Shown here piece by piece: positions 40,590-55,582 of a DNA stretch of 64,000 bases. Each line of letters begins with the position of its first letter. The first letter of the stretch is position 1. This DNA is from the human T2T-CHM13v2.0 reference genome, Homo sapiens, in NCBI RefSeq assembly GCF_009914755.1, contig NC_060942.1. The stretch is one strand, 5' to 3'. Position numbers and translations under genes: made by a program. Below the pieces are notes generated by a model that saw only the letters and a program-made list of their open reading frames with translations, searched no databases and was not told the origin of the DNA.

Positions 40590-42144
40590 TCAATTGCATT
40601 TGGCGCCCGGCCAAAATTACATTATAGAATAGTGTTTGATATAATGGCGGTAAAGAAGTGTAGCTGCAGCAAAGCTAGTCCTTGTGAGGGTCCACATTGC
40701 TAGGTGAGAGGGTTAGGGGTGCTTTTTCCCTTTATTTGATAACAAAACCATTTATCATATTTCCTCTTGTAGGTTTTCTCTCTTTTCTAATATTAATACA
40801 GCAAATATTTCATTGGAACATTCAGACTCATATAATTATTCTGTTTAGGATGATTGTGAAATTTATGAATAGAACTTCTAGCACAGTGTCATTCTTTGAA
40901 TTGGAGGGTGATTCTATTTCTGTGCAAAATCATGTTAAGAAGCTATGTTTTGTGACATAAAAATCATTAGATTTTTGGGAAAACTTTATCAACAACATTT
41001 GGAATGGCAGGAAGTACAAATAAGCAAGATCTAAATTTAACAGTAGGGTAAATCCATCTCATAAGGACTTTGAATTGACTTTGGAAAATGATCAGGGAAT
41101 GCTGGATTTCTTGATAAATATCTGAGGCTCAAGGAGCCTAACCCTGTTTTTCCTCATGAGCAATAATTCAGTATTTGCTAGTTTAAGTGTTCATGGTGAC
41201 TTTCTAGCACATAAACACCATGAAGTATAAGAATTGACTCAATATAGAAGACTGGTGCCAGAGGTTTTGTGTAAGTTTTGTAGCAATATTTCTACGTTCG
41301 GTGGCCTCTTGTATGCCTACCTTGGTTTGGTCTGCATTGATTTTAGTGCATCTTAAAGAGTTTCATTTGCAGTGTGGCTTTCCTCTACCTCCTGGAGTTA
41401 TACAAGGCAAACAAAAGGTGGCTTGGGCTGGAGTCATTCCTGATAGGGATTTTTAGTCATACCTCTATTGGATAGGCCCATTTTAAAGAGTAATATAGGA
41501 CTTTTACCTTGATTACTAAAATAGTACAACAACAACTCCCCTCTTGCTCCAAGAAAACCTAGCAAAAAGATATCCCCTTCATTAATTGATTGCTGGCTCT
41601 TGTCTTTGAGATAAATCAGAGAGAGGTAGCAAAGGGTATATCTGTTCTACTAGTCTGTCTAGAATAAAAACAGAAAGCCAGTTTGGGAAGTTTACTTATG
41701 GTGATTCAGGCTGCAATGCACCTAGGGCATAAACGTTTAGCTCTTTGTTTGACTTGATAATTCCTTAAAGTTCTCCTTGCAAGTTTGCTTGACTTTGAGG
41801 GCTCAGTGAAGGAAAAATGTGTTCCTAGGTTGAGCTCTCCCAGTGATTGGAATTCCCACAAAATGTTAAACAGTAATATGTCTCTTGCCTTCCTGGGGCT
41901 TGTGTCTGCAGAGTATTCCCCAGTAATTTCCTTCTTGTGCCTGACCTGGTGATTATTCATGAGAATTCTCACCTGCTTAAAGTTCCACTGATCTCTGCTC
42001 CAATACAATGACTTGGTTCAGGCATGGTCTAGAATCTTTCTTACTTCAAACTGTGCTGTGGATCATCCCTTATTTTATAGTGGGAGACTTTAGCTCCTCA
42101 GATGTAAATTGAATGACTCACAGAAATGTTACACGAAAAGCCAG

Positions 42145-42524
42145 TGATATGGTTTGGGTTTGTGTCCCCACCCAAATCTCATCTTGAATTGTAATTCCCA
42201 TAATCCCCACATGTGGTAGGGGGGATGTGGTGGGAGGTGATTGGATCAGAGGGGCAGTTTCCCCCATGCTGTTCTCGTGATAGTGAGTGACTTCTAACAA
42301 GATCTAATAGCTTTATAAAGGGCTCTTCCCTCTTTGCTTGTTGGTTCTCTTGCCTGCCACCACATAAGATGTGCCTTTGCTTCTTTTTCGCCTTCTGCCA
42401 TGATTGTTGGTTTCCTGAGGCCTCCCCAGCCATGCAGAACTGTGAGTCGATTAAACCTCTTTTCTTTATAAATTACCCAGCATTGGGTATGTCTTCATTA
42501 GCAATGTGGGAATGGACTAATACA
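42145..42524 (+). mobile_element. THE1 (D-like) MaLR solo LTR
   Basis: tgatatggtttgg...ggactaataca; exact 5-bp TSD gccag. Confidence 0.93.
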
Positions 42525-44929
42525 GCCAGTGATGATACTGACACATCTAATAGTTTTTCCAGAGTGAGACTTTCAAGGATTAAGACTCTTTCCTAGAATA
42601 TAGCTAGCTCTAGTACCCAAAGGAAAGTAAATACAGAGAATTGGATTAAATAAAGCCAAAAAATTGACTTCACATATCCAAAGCTTTAGACTTACGTTTG
42701 TCTCCCCCTACTCCACCCTCAATCATTAGGGAACTTAGAAGCTGTAGCAGTGGTTGGTTATTCTACTCTGTCAGACATCTGGAACCCTGACCTTTTGATA
42801 AGTGCCTATTTCTTTTAGTCTTGAGAAGTTTCCCTGAAGGCTGGTTATAATCTGTATTTCCACTATAAATATTTCTCAATATTTAAATTATTTCAGACTC
42901 CTTGGATATCTGGACATATCTGGATGATATTTTAAGTGCTACTCATTATTGTCCAATTTAATAGGATATCTGAGTGCTAGAATTGGCAGGGGATTAAAAA
43001 TGCTTCACTTTCAGTCTTTGAGCAAAGTAGAACATTGCTTTCCTAAGGCAATTCTAGACCACAAATACCAGTTGTAGATTTCTATTGCTGGGGAAAAGTT
43101 ATTTTGGTTTTTTCTTGGCTGCCACATAAATCTAGGAGGAAGATGACCTTAGTTTGCCATCATCTAGTACCTTCCGCCCTCTCAATGTTAAACCATACAA
43201 AAAAATGAGGATCTTTCATATTTAAAGAAGCCTTCTAGAGGTTGAAGCACTAAAAATCCTTATTAGTTTGTTTCTCCTCTGGAATCCTATTAATAATAAG
43301 ATTACTAGGACCATAACATTATAAAGACCTTAAAAATGATAAGTTCTCTGAGTACAGGAAATATGTATTTATAGCAGATGAGTAAAAATAATATAATTAT
43401 TGTTTTAAAAATGTTTCACTACCCTATTTAATTTCTAGGATCTCATTTAAGAAATTTAAGATATTTGTTATGAAACTTCTTTAAGAAATTAGAAAAATGG
43501 TAGGAAAAAATGATCAATTAATAAAACTAGAACTTACAAAATTATTCTGAAAAATATCAGAGCAGTTCCCATCTGAGGTGCTATTCTCTTGATAATAATT
43601 GTCATGCAAACAGAAAATTGCATTACAAAAATGGCTTCTTGTTTTTATTATTGCCTTAAAAAGAGTAAAATCATATATGACAATTTAAAAATTATAATAT
43701 GATTGCTATAGTACTTGTAGCTGTTTCTCTAATATTCTATCTTTCAAATTAAAGTATAACAATGTAAAATGACTTAAAAGACTCTACTGTAGGGTCTAAG
43801 CACCAATAGGAGTTCCAACAGGATAACTGGTTATTCTCTGAATGTATAAATACATATGACAAGATGCACTATGCCATTGAGTTATGCAATCTGTTTTAGT
43901 ATTGATTTCTTACATTTTATTTTATGCTTTTGATAAAACCAATTTCAAGAGCGTATTACTAAAGCGTATTGGTTTCTTCTGAACGGCAGTAAGCACAAAG
44001 GTTGAATATCTTGTGTGTTTGTGTGGAGGTATATGTATGTGTATGTGGGAATGTATGTATATAATTTTTATATTATGTGTATGTATTATAAAATACATAA
44101 TATAGTTATATATTAGTTTTTATAAAATTTGCATGAATTTCCAAGAAATCTGAGGTGTAGTTAAAAATGAAATTAGTGGATGGCACTTTTTGGAGTGATA
44201 AATTTAGAAATGAAATGTAACATGAAAGTCTTTTTAAAAGAGTTCAGTAAGTAGTAAATTCACAATTCCTTTTTTACTACTTTTTTTTGCAGTATTCAAC
44301 AAACTATCATTGTTTCATTGGCTGAAAATATATGAATGAAAGCCAAAGAACTATGTAATGACACTGGGCTATTAGTTCTTGCAAATCCTATAGGCTAACA
44401 CCACTTCAACAGAGTGGGCAGAAACGATCATCTGATCTGATTACAATGTCTATTTATGTAGCATTTAGTTTCTTTTTTGTTTTTTTTAAAGGATTTCATA
44501 AATATATTATTCATGCTAAAGGAATAACAATACTCCGAATTTTATAGCACTTGAGACGATATTGCAGAGAAATATTACACCCGTTTTTATCTTCACCATA
44601 AAGCTTGTTGAAAAGTAGGTCAGGAATTCGTGTTCTATTTTAAAACATAATTTAAATATTTCAACAGCACATGTGCAAACATGACAGTTCATGTCATGTT
44701 TTTGCTCCCACAATGACATTGATCATACATAACCACTGTCAACAATTTCCCTCAATCATTTCATAATATTTCTAAAATCTATATTATAGACCTCAGTGTT
44801 CATATATAGAATATATATTTGCACAAATATTTGCCTATTTTTTGATACATATAGGTTGTTTTATTTCTTTACTTTCTTTAGAACAAACCTGGATTGTGCT
44901 ATGTATTTTGTCCTATATCTTTAACGCAA

Positions 44930-47503
<2,574 letters not shown>

Positions 47504-47545
47504 TCAGGTGGTTATTATTAATAGCTCGTAAAATGTGTTTTTGTT

Positions 47546-47840
<295 letters not shown>

Positions 47841-48099
47841 GTGTTTTTATCTTCTTGTTTCCATTTGCATGAAGATTCTTGCTGAAATTGCATTACGTAT
47901 GTATGTAAGTAGTGTTATATTTACTTAGTTTTTTTTTTTTTTCTTAAAGTAATGCTAAGTGTGTGGGATATTATATAATTCACTACAAGTTAAACTAGTG
48001 CTATCTTTGGTCTTCTCAGAGGACTGATACCATGGTTGAGTATAGGATTTCAGAAAGGACTGGAAAGATTGTACCACTGTTTTGTAGAGTTTCATGTGA

Positions 48100-48700
48100 A
48101 AACTTTTATGAATCTTTTCTTTGTAAATGTCTGTTCCTACCATTGAATGTTTGATCCTCTCTTTGTCTTTGTTATTAGACCATTTTATTAGGATTGGTCC
48201 AGGTGTTGATCCATTTTTTTTTTCTTGCCTCTTCCTTACTATTTTTTTCTCTACACTTGGTAAAATGTTTAAATCTGGGACATCATGCCTTTCTTTCACT
48301 GAGGGGAGTCTTATTTCTTTGGTAATTGCTTCTTTGATACATGTAGGTTATGGAGTTATTTTCTATATTAGTTTTGTACAAAACTATTATTTGGATATTA
48401 TATCTGTGCCAAAGCTCTATGCCTCTTATTTTTTAATCAAAAATTTTCACTTTTATGTATTCTACGTTATATAACAGCCTTCAAGTTTATGTTCTAGATA
48501 GTTAATTGAGTTTTCCTCAGTGTCCATTTCATTTTTCCACTGACTTCTATTGAATTTTTGTTTCTGAAATTCTGTTTTTTTCCAAGTTCTTTTTAAAAAA
48601 AAATTTACAAATTGCTTCTCTATTGTGGCAGTCTGGTTGATATTTAATGCAGTATCTTCTTATATATAATGAGTTGCTCAAGTAAGAGATCTCTCTTGCT
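48100..48700 (-). mobile_element. Degraded ancient L1M/HAL1 ORF1-like fragment
   Basis: Minus-strand K-rich peptide (TPGPILIKWSNNKDKERI) reminiscent of L1 ORF1; weak. Confidence 0.4.
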
Positions 48701-48716
48701 TTAATAAAATAATTTA

Positions 48717-50222
48717 TTTTCTTTTTCTCTTTTTTTTTCTCTCTTTTTTTTTTATTGATCATTCTTGGGTGTTTCTCGCAGAGGGGGATTTGGCAGGGTC
48801 ACAGGACAACAGTGGAGGGAAGGTCAGCAGACAAACAAGTGAACAAAGGTCTCTGGTTTTCCTAGACAGAGGACCCTGGGGCCTTCCGCAGTGTTTGTAA
48901 CCCTGGGTACTTGAGATTAGGGAGTGGTGATGACTCTTAAGGAGCATGCTGCCTTCAAGCGTCTGTTTAACAAAGCACATCTTGCACCGCCCTTAATCCA
49001 TTTAACCCTGAGTGGACACAGCACATGTTTCAGAGAGCACCGGGTTGGGGGTAAGGTCATAGATCAACAGCATCCCAAGGCAGAAGAATTTTTCTTAGTA
49101 AAGAACAAAATGGAGTCTCCTATGTCTACTTCTTTCTACACAGACACAGCAACAATCTGATTTCTCTATCTTTTCCCCACATTTCCCCCTTTTCTATTCC
49201 ACAAAACTGCCATCGTCATCATGGCCCGTTCTCAACGAGCTGTTGGGTACACCTCCCAGACGGGGTGGCGGCTGGGCAGAGGGGCTCCTCACTTCCCAGA
49301 AGGGGCGGCCGGGCAGAGGCGTCCCCCACCTCCCGGACGGGGCGGCTGGCCGGGCGGGGGCTGCCCCCCACCTCCCTCCTGGATGGGGCGGCTGGCCGGG
49401 CGGGGGCTGCCCCCCACCTCCCGGACGGGGCGGCTGCTGGGCAGAGACGCTCCTCACTTCCCAGATGGGGCGGCTGCCGGGCGGAGGGGCTCCTCACTTC
49501 TCAGATGGGGCAGCTGCTGGGCGGAGGGGCTCCTCACTTCTCAGACGGGGTGGCCGGGCAGAGATGCTCCTCACCTCCCAGACGGGGTCATGGCCGGGCA
49601 GAGGCGCTCCTCACATCCCAGACGGGGCGGCGGGGCAGAGGCGCTCCTCACTTCCCAGACGGGGTGGCGGCCGGGCAGAGGCTGCAATCTTGGCACTTTG
49701 GGAGGCCAAGGCTGGGAGGTGGAGGTTGTAGCCAGCCGAGATCATGCCACTGCACTCCAGCCTGGGCAACATTGAGCACTGAGTGAACGAGACTCCATCT
49801 GCAATCCCGGCACCTCAGGAGGCCGAGGCTGGCAGATTACTCGCGGTTAGGAGCTGGAGAGCAGCCCGGCCAACACAGCGAAACCCCGTCTCCACCAAAA
49901 AATACGAAAACCAGTCAGGCGTGGTGGCGCGCGCCTGCAATCGCAGGCACTCGGCAGGCTGAGGCAGGAGAATCAGGCAGGGAGGTTGCAGTGAGCAGAG
50001 ATGGCGGCAGTACAGTCCAGCTTTGGCTCGGCATCAGAGGGAGACGGTGGAAAGAGAGGGAGAGGGAGACCGTGGGGGAGAGGGAGAGGGAGACCGTGGG
50101 GGAGAGGGAGAGGGAGACCGTGGGGGAGAGGGAGAGGGAGACCGTGGGGGAGAGGGAGAGGGAGACCGTGGGGAAGAGGGAGAGGGAGAGGAAGAGGGAG
50201 AGGGAGAGGGAGAGGGAGAGGG
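48717..50222 (-). mobile_element. Full-length SVA retrotransposon (SVA_C-like)
   Basis: Poly(T), SINE-R (attgatcattcttgggtgtttctc), GC-rich VNTR ~49250-49680, Alu-like region, (CCCTCT)n head; aaggtcatagatcaacagcatcc matches my recollection of SVA_C. Confidence 0.95.
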
Positions 50223-51498
50223 CCAATTGTATTAATTGTAAAGTTGGTATGTCTATTTTCTTTTTCTCTATGAAATGAATGAATATATTTTCATCAAATC
50301 TACTTAAAAACTACTCACACATTCCTGATTGTTCAAAGTAGTATCATTTTTTCCAAACACTTTTATTGATTCCACATCTTTTTTCATTGTTCACCCTGTC
50401 CACATACACACAGATATACCAGCATTGACAATAGAGGTAAGTAAATGTCAGTTACCTAAGCAACTCCTCAGGTCCTGCTTGTGTCTCTCAAATGTTGAGA
50501 AGATAGGAGATATTCTGTTTCTCAAAAGGCTGATGGGCTGAGAGTCTTTAAAGTGTGCAGAGGGGCCGGCAGACTCTCTGGGCTCTTCAGTTAGTGTAAA
50601 CTGTTGATCCTGTGGCAAGGGCATAGCTTTCTCTGTCAGTCTCTCTGGTGGAGATCTGAAACTTCATCAGGGCTGTGCACAGAAGGCGATGCCTCCAAGG
50701 GGACTCCATCTCTAGCAGCAAGGCTATCAGGTTTCTCAGGCTGTCCCTTGAGTTGCATGTTTTTCTCTTAATGTTTGAATAATTGAATCATTTTGGTAGA
50801 AAATTGGAGGAGTCGTGAGCACGTCAAAACCCTGCTACAAATATTTTAGATAAACTCCATGCATATACTTCTGTTGTTGTAGATGAATGTATGGGTTAGG
50901 GGGTGAGGGGTGCATGCAGCCCATGCCGAGGAAGATTTTTACTATTATTTATCTGAAAGAGTTTCAGAAAACAAATATTTCCATTTCTAATTATGGGCAG
51001 AACGAACAGTTCAATATTACTCAATACCAAATCTTTGTTCTTGGCATACACTTTCCCACTGACCCCAAGTGGATCAATTGATTCAAATTCCTGGAGGTAT
51101 GTTTTGTTATGTGGCTATGAGGAGGTAATGCAACTCAAAAATTATATAATTCTTCACATATGAAGAAAAGCAATTTTCTTTTCCTTTTTTAAAATTGGAA
51201 GGATGATAGATGGTAATGCCTGCACTTAAAATTTTTTAAGTAAAATAATATTTCATGATATATGGAAAGACCCAGAATTCTTCAGTATTGTCCAGGTAAG
51301 AATGACACTTAAAAAACAATGTAAGAATTTTAGGTTAGTCAGATGGAAAAGCTCCGGATATTTACATATTGATTAAGAAAAATGGAAATGAAGTGTAAAT
51401 CATTGAATCCTTATAAAAAACAAAAACAATTACATCTATTTCTCTTATTTATATTACATAGAATAGGGAAAAGTAGCAAATCTATAACAACAGAATCA

Positions 51499-51879
<381 letters not shown>

Positions 51880-52189
51880 CTAAACAACACCACAAGTACA
51901 AGACGAAGAAGAGATGAGTGAGATTGAAGTTCACATTATTGGTTATAGATGTTTTTGGATAGTTTTGCAAGCACTGTTTTAATTTAATGGAAAGGGAGAT
52001 GCTAAAATTGTATATGTATGATACGGTGGAAGTCTTCTCTTTTCTATCACCTCTGAAGACTGGCTCCATGACCTTAGACTGTTAACTTAATTGTTCAGAG
52101 CTTCTGTTTCCTCAACAGCCAAATTGGGTCTCATACCACCTATTTGCAATCTTGTCATTATAAAATGAGATAAACTTCCTTTACAGCAA

Positions 52190-53470
52190 ATCTTGAAAAG
52201 GTCATTTATATTTAGTCTCTCCATTTTTTTCTTCCCACTCTGTCAGGTTGTCAGTGCTGCCCCTACCGTTGCTGTGGTGAATCCCCCCATGACCTCTGCA
52301 TTGTTATATCCCATGCTAGATTCTCAGATCTTTAGCTAGGGCAGCATTTTTGACAGATGATCAGTCCTTACTCCCTGAAACATGGTCTTCATTTGGCGTC
52401 AAACACTGGTTTACCTCCCAACTTTTGGGCCATTCTTTCTCAGTCTCCTTTGCTTATTTTCCCTCATTTTCCTCAATTCTAGTTGGTGGAGTTCCCAGGC
52501 TTCAGTCTTTGTAATTCTTTTCTGAGATGCTGTTCTCAAGCTAATCTCATTAGTCTCATGGCTTTAAATACTGTCTGTATTTCAATGACTCTAAATTGAA
52601 ATTTCAAACCTGACATCTCCCCTGAGCGCCAGATTGCATATTCTACTCCCTTTGAAAAAAATTTTGTCCTTAATTTTTTTTTTTTTTTTTTAATAGAGAC
52701 AGGGCCTTGCTATGTTGCCCAGGCTGATCTTGAATTCCTGACCTCAAGTGATCTTCCCATCTCAGCTTTCCAAAGCCCTGGGTGGAGGCCACTGTACCTG
52801 GCCTACATGCTATTGTTGATATCTGAAACTAAATTTATTCAAAATGGAACTCTTCATAAAACCCCAGTAAGCCTGTTCCTTCCTTAATCTCCCTCACCTC
52901 AGTAAATGGCAACCTTCCCAGTTGTTTGAGACGAACCTTCGGATTCATCCTTTACTTTTCTTTCCTTCAGGGACTACATTTTGTCCATCAGGAAATTCTC
53001 TTGGCTGTACTAAAAAAAATCTTATGAATCTAACTACTGCTCGCTATCTCCCGTGCTAATGCTGTGGGTTTAGTTCTCCATCAAACCTTGTCTGGATTAT
53101 TGAAATAGCCTCCTCACAGGTTTCCTGCTCTGACCTTTTCCTCTCTTCAGTCTGTCCTCTACACAGCAGCCAGTTGATACTTTTAAAAGTTGTCAGCTTA
53201 TGTTACTCATTTGCTCCAAGCCTCCTTCCATCTCATTCAGAAGAACAATTATACTACTTTCTGTGACTTACAAAGCCTTACATATCGGCTCGCCCCCCAA
53301 CTCTTGCTCCAACCATTGCCTCAAACCATGTCTTCTATTCCTTCTATCCCAACATTCCACTCTGGTAACTTGGCCTTTTTGCTATTCTTCAAACATGCTA
53401 GGCCTGCTCCTATGTTTTCCTTTGCTATTCCTCATCCCTGGGATGCCTCCACCTCTGAAATCGTCTCTAA
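52190..53470 (+). mobile_element. L2 fragment(s)
   Basis: cagcatttttgacag, tctcatggctttaaatac, cacctcagtaaatggcaac, acacagcagccag motifs. Confidence 0.75.
52675..52803 (-). mobile_element. FLAM / Alu left monomer
   Basis: Poly(T) followed by agagacagggccttgctatgttgcccaggctg...cctggcc. Confidence 0.85.
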
Positions 53471-54398
53471 GCTTAGTTGTTTCTTAGCTGGGATAGTATG
53501 GAGGAGATTTGAGTATCATAAGGATAGTTGAACTAGTCAGTATTTAAAGTGCCTTCTGCTGCTGAGGTTTTATCAATAAATGGAAGAAATTCATTATATA
53601 CTATGTGCCATTTATTAACTTCTCACTGGGTACTGAACAGCTCATTTGTGGCAGGTCAAAATGGACACCTTTCATCTTATATATACATAGTTCTAAAACT
53701 TTTTCTTTTTATCAGTGAACAGTTTTTACTAACTTTACTTGGAACCTCGCGCCCAGTACACAAAATCAATGCAAGTGGGTTAACGTAAGGCTGATGATAG
53801 TCGATAAGCACCCATGGGCTCACACCATTATATAGAGGAGGTATTCATTCTGACCGGGGAGTACCTATGGGAACCAATTGCTAAATGCTTTGACTGGCAC
53901 CTGTGAAGTTCTTTGGGTAAAGTAAGACAGGGAGGTTTCTGAAGTTTAACCACACTGATTTCCTTTTTCCATGCCTCCTCCTTGAGGAGGTTGTTGTAGT
54001 CAGTTCAGAACCTGAGTGCTTGATGAAACACAGTTGTCCAGTTACTATTCTAAGCTGTATTTTTCAATTAAAGTTTACTTTTAGAACAACTTAGGGTGGA
54101 CTGATCTTTCTTTGTATAATTGGGAATGAATTCTTAGTTTTTGTCAGGAGAATGATTATATTTATCTAAAAAAGCAGGAATCAAATATTTCCTGTATGGC
54201 TTTGTAATATTCAATAGAGGGAATTTGGGAAATCAAACAGACACTCCCTCTGGGGTTTGTGAAATGGCTTGGGGACTCATTTAATTTTAGAGTAGCTGGC
54301 TTTAAGGGACCTTAAGCAATCTAGCTACTTGGGACTAGGAAATTGTTTACTTATTATTTTCATTATCGGCATCACACTATTTAAAGAGTACTGTCAGA

Positions 54399-55215
54399 TA
54401 CGTCTCAAAAGAAGACATTAATGTGGCCACAAACATATGAAAAAAAGCTCAATATCACTGATCATTGGAGAAATGCAAATCAAAACCACAATAAGCTACC
54501 ATCTCATGCCATTCAAAATAACGATTATTAAAAAGTCAAGAAACAACAGATGCTGGTGAGGTTGTGGAGAAATAGGATTGCTTTTACACTGTTGGTTAGA
54601 GTGTAAATTAGTTCAACTATTGTGGAAGACAATGTGGCAATTCCTCAAAGATTTAGAGGCAGAAATACTTTCTGACCCAGCAATCCCATTACTGTGTACA
54701 CAAAGGAATATAAGTAATTATATTATAAAGATACATGTACATGTATGTTCATTGCAGCAATATTCACAATAACAAAGACTTGGAATCAACCCAAATGCCC
54801 ATCAATGATAGACTGGATAAAGAAAATGTGGTACACATATACCATGGAATACTATGCAGCCATGAAAAAGAATGAGATCATGTCCTTTGCAGGGACATGG
54901 ATGGAGCTGAGAGCCATTATACTCAGCAAACTAATGCAGGAACAGAAAACCAAACATCACATGTTCTCACTTACAAGAGGGAGCTGATTGATTAGAACAC
55001 ATGAACACATGGGGGAGAACAACACACACTCAGGCCTGTAGGGAGGATGGGGGGAGGCAGAGCATCAGGAAGAATAGCTAAGGGATGCTGGACTTAATAC
55101 CTAGGTGATGGGTTGATCTGTGCAGCAAAACACCATGGCACACATTTACCTAAGGAACAAACCTGTACATCCTTCACATGTACCCTGGAACTTAAAAGGT
55201 GAGGAAGAAAGAAAA
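54399..55215 (+). mobile_element. 5'-truncated old L1PA
   Basis: ORF2 C-terminal peptides 54578-54987; 3'UTR ending gtaccctggaacttaaaa. Confidence 0.92.
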
Positions 55216-55291
55216 TCCTTTGGAGATCAGTGATGCGTATGTGGCTATTCATTATATCAAATACTCTTCTGTCTACACCTGTATGTTTGAA

Positions 55292-55582
<291 letters not shown>

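Noticed and set aside
49250-49680. Repeat array resembling CRISPR or a CpG-island promoter
   Set aside because: It is the SVA VNTR: degenerate tandem units with no unique spacers and no cas genes, in primate DNA
49194-50278. Several 90-184 aa G/R/P-rich or ERE-repeat ORFs
   Set aside because: Stop-poor frames of the SVA VNTR and hexamer repeats
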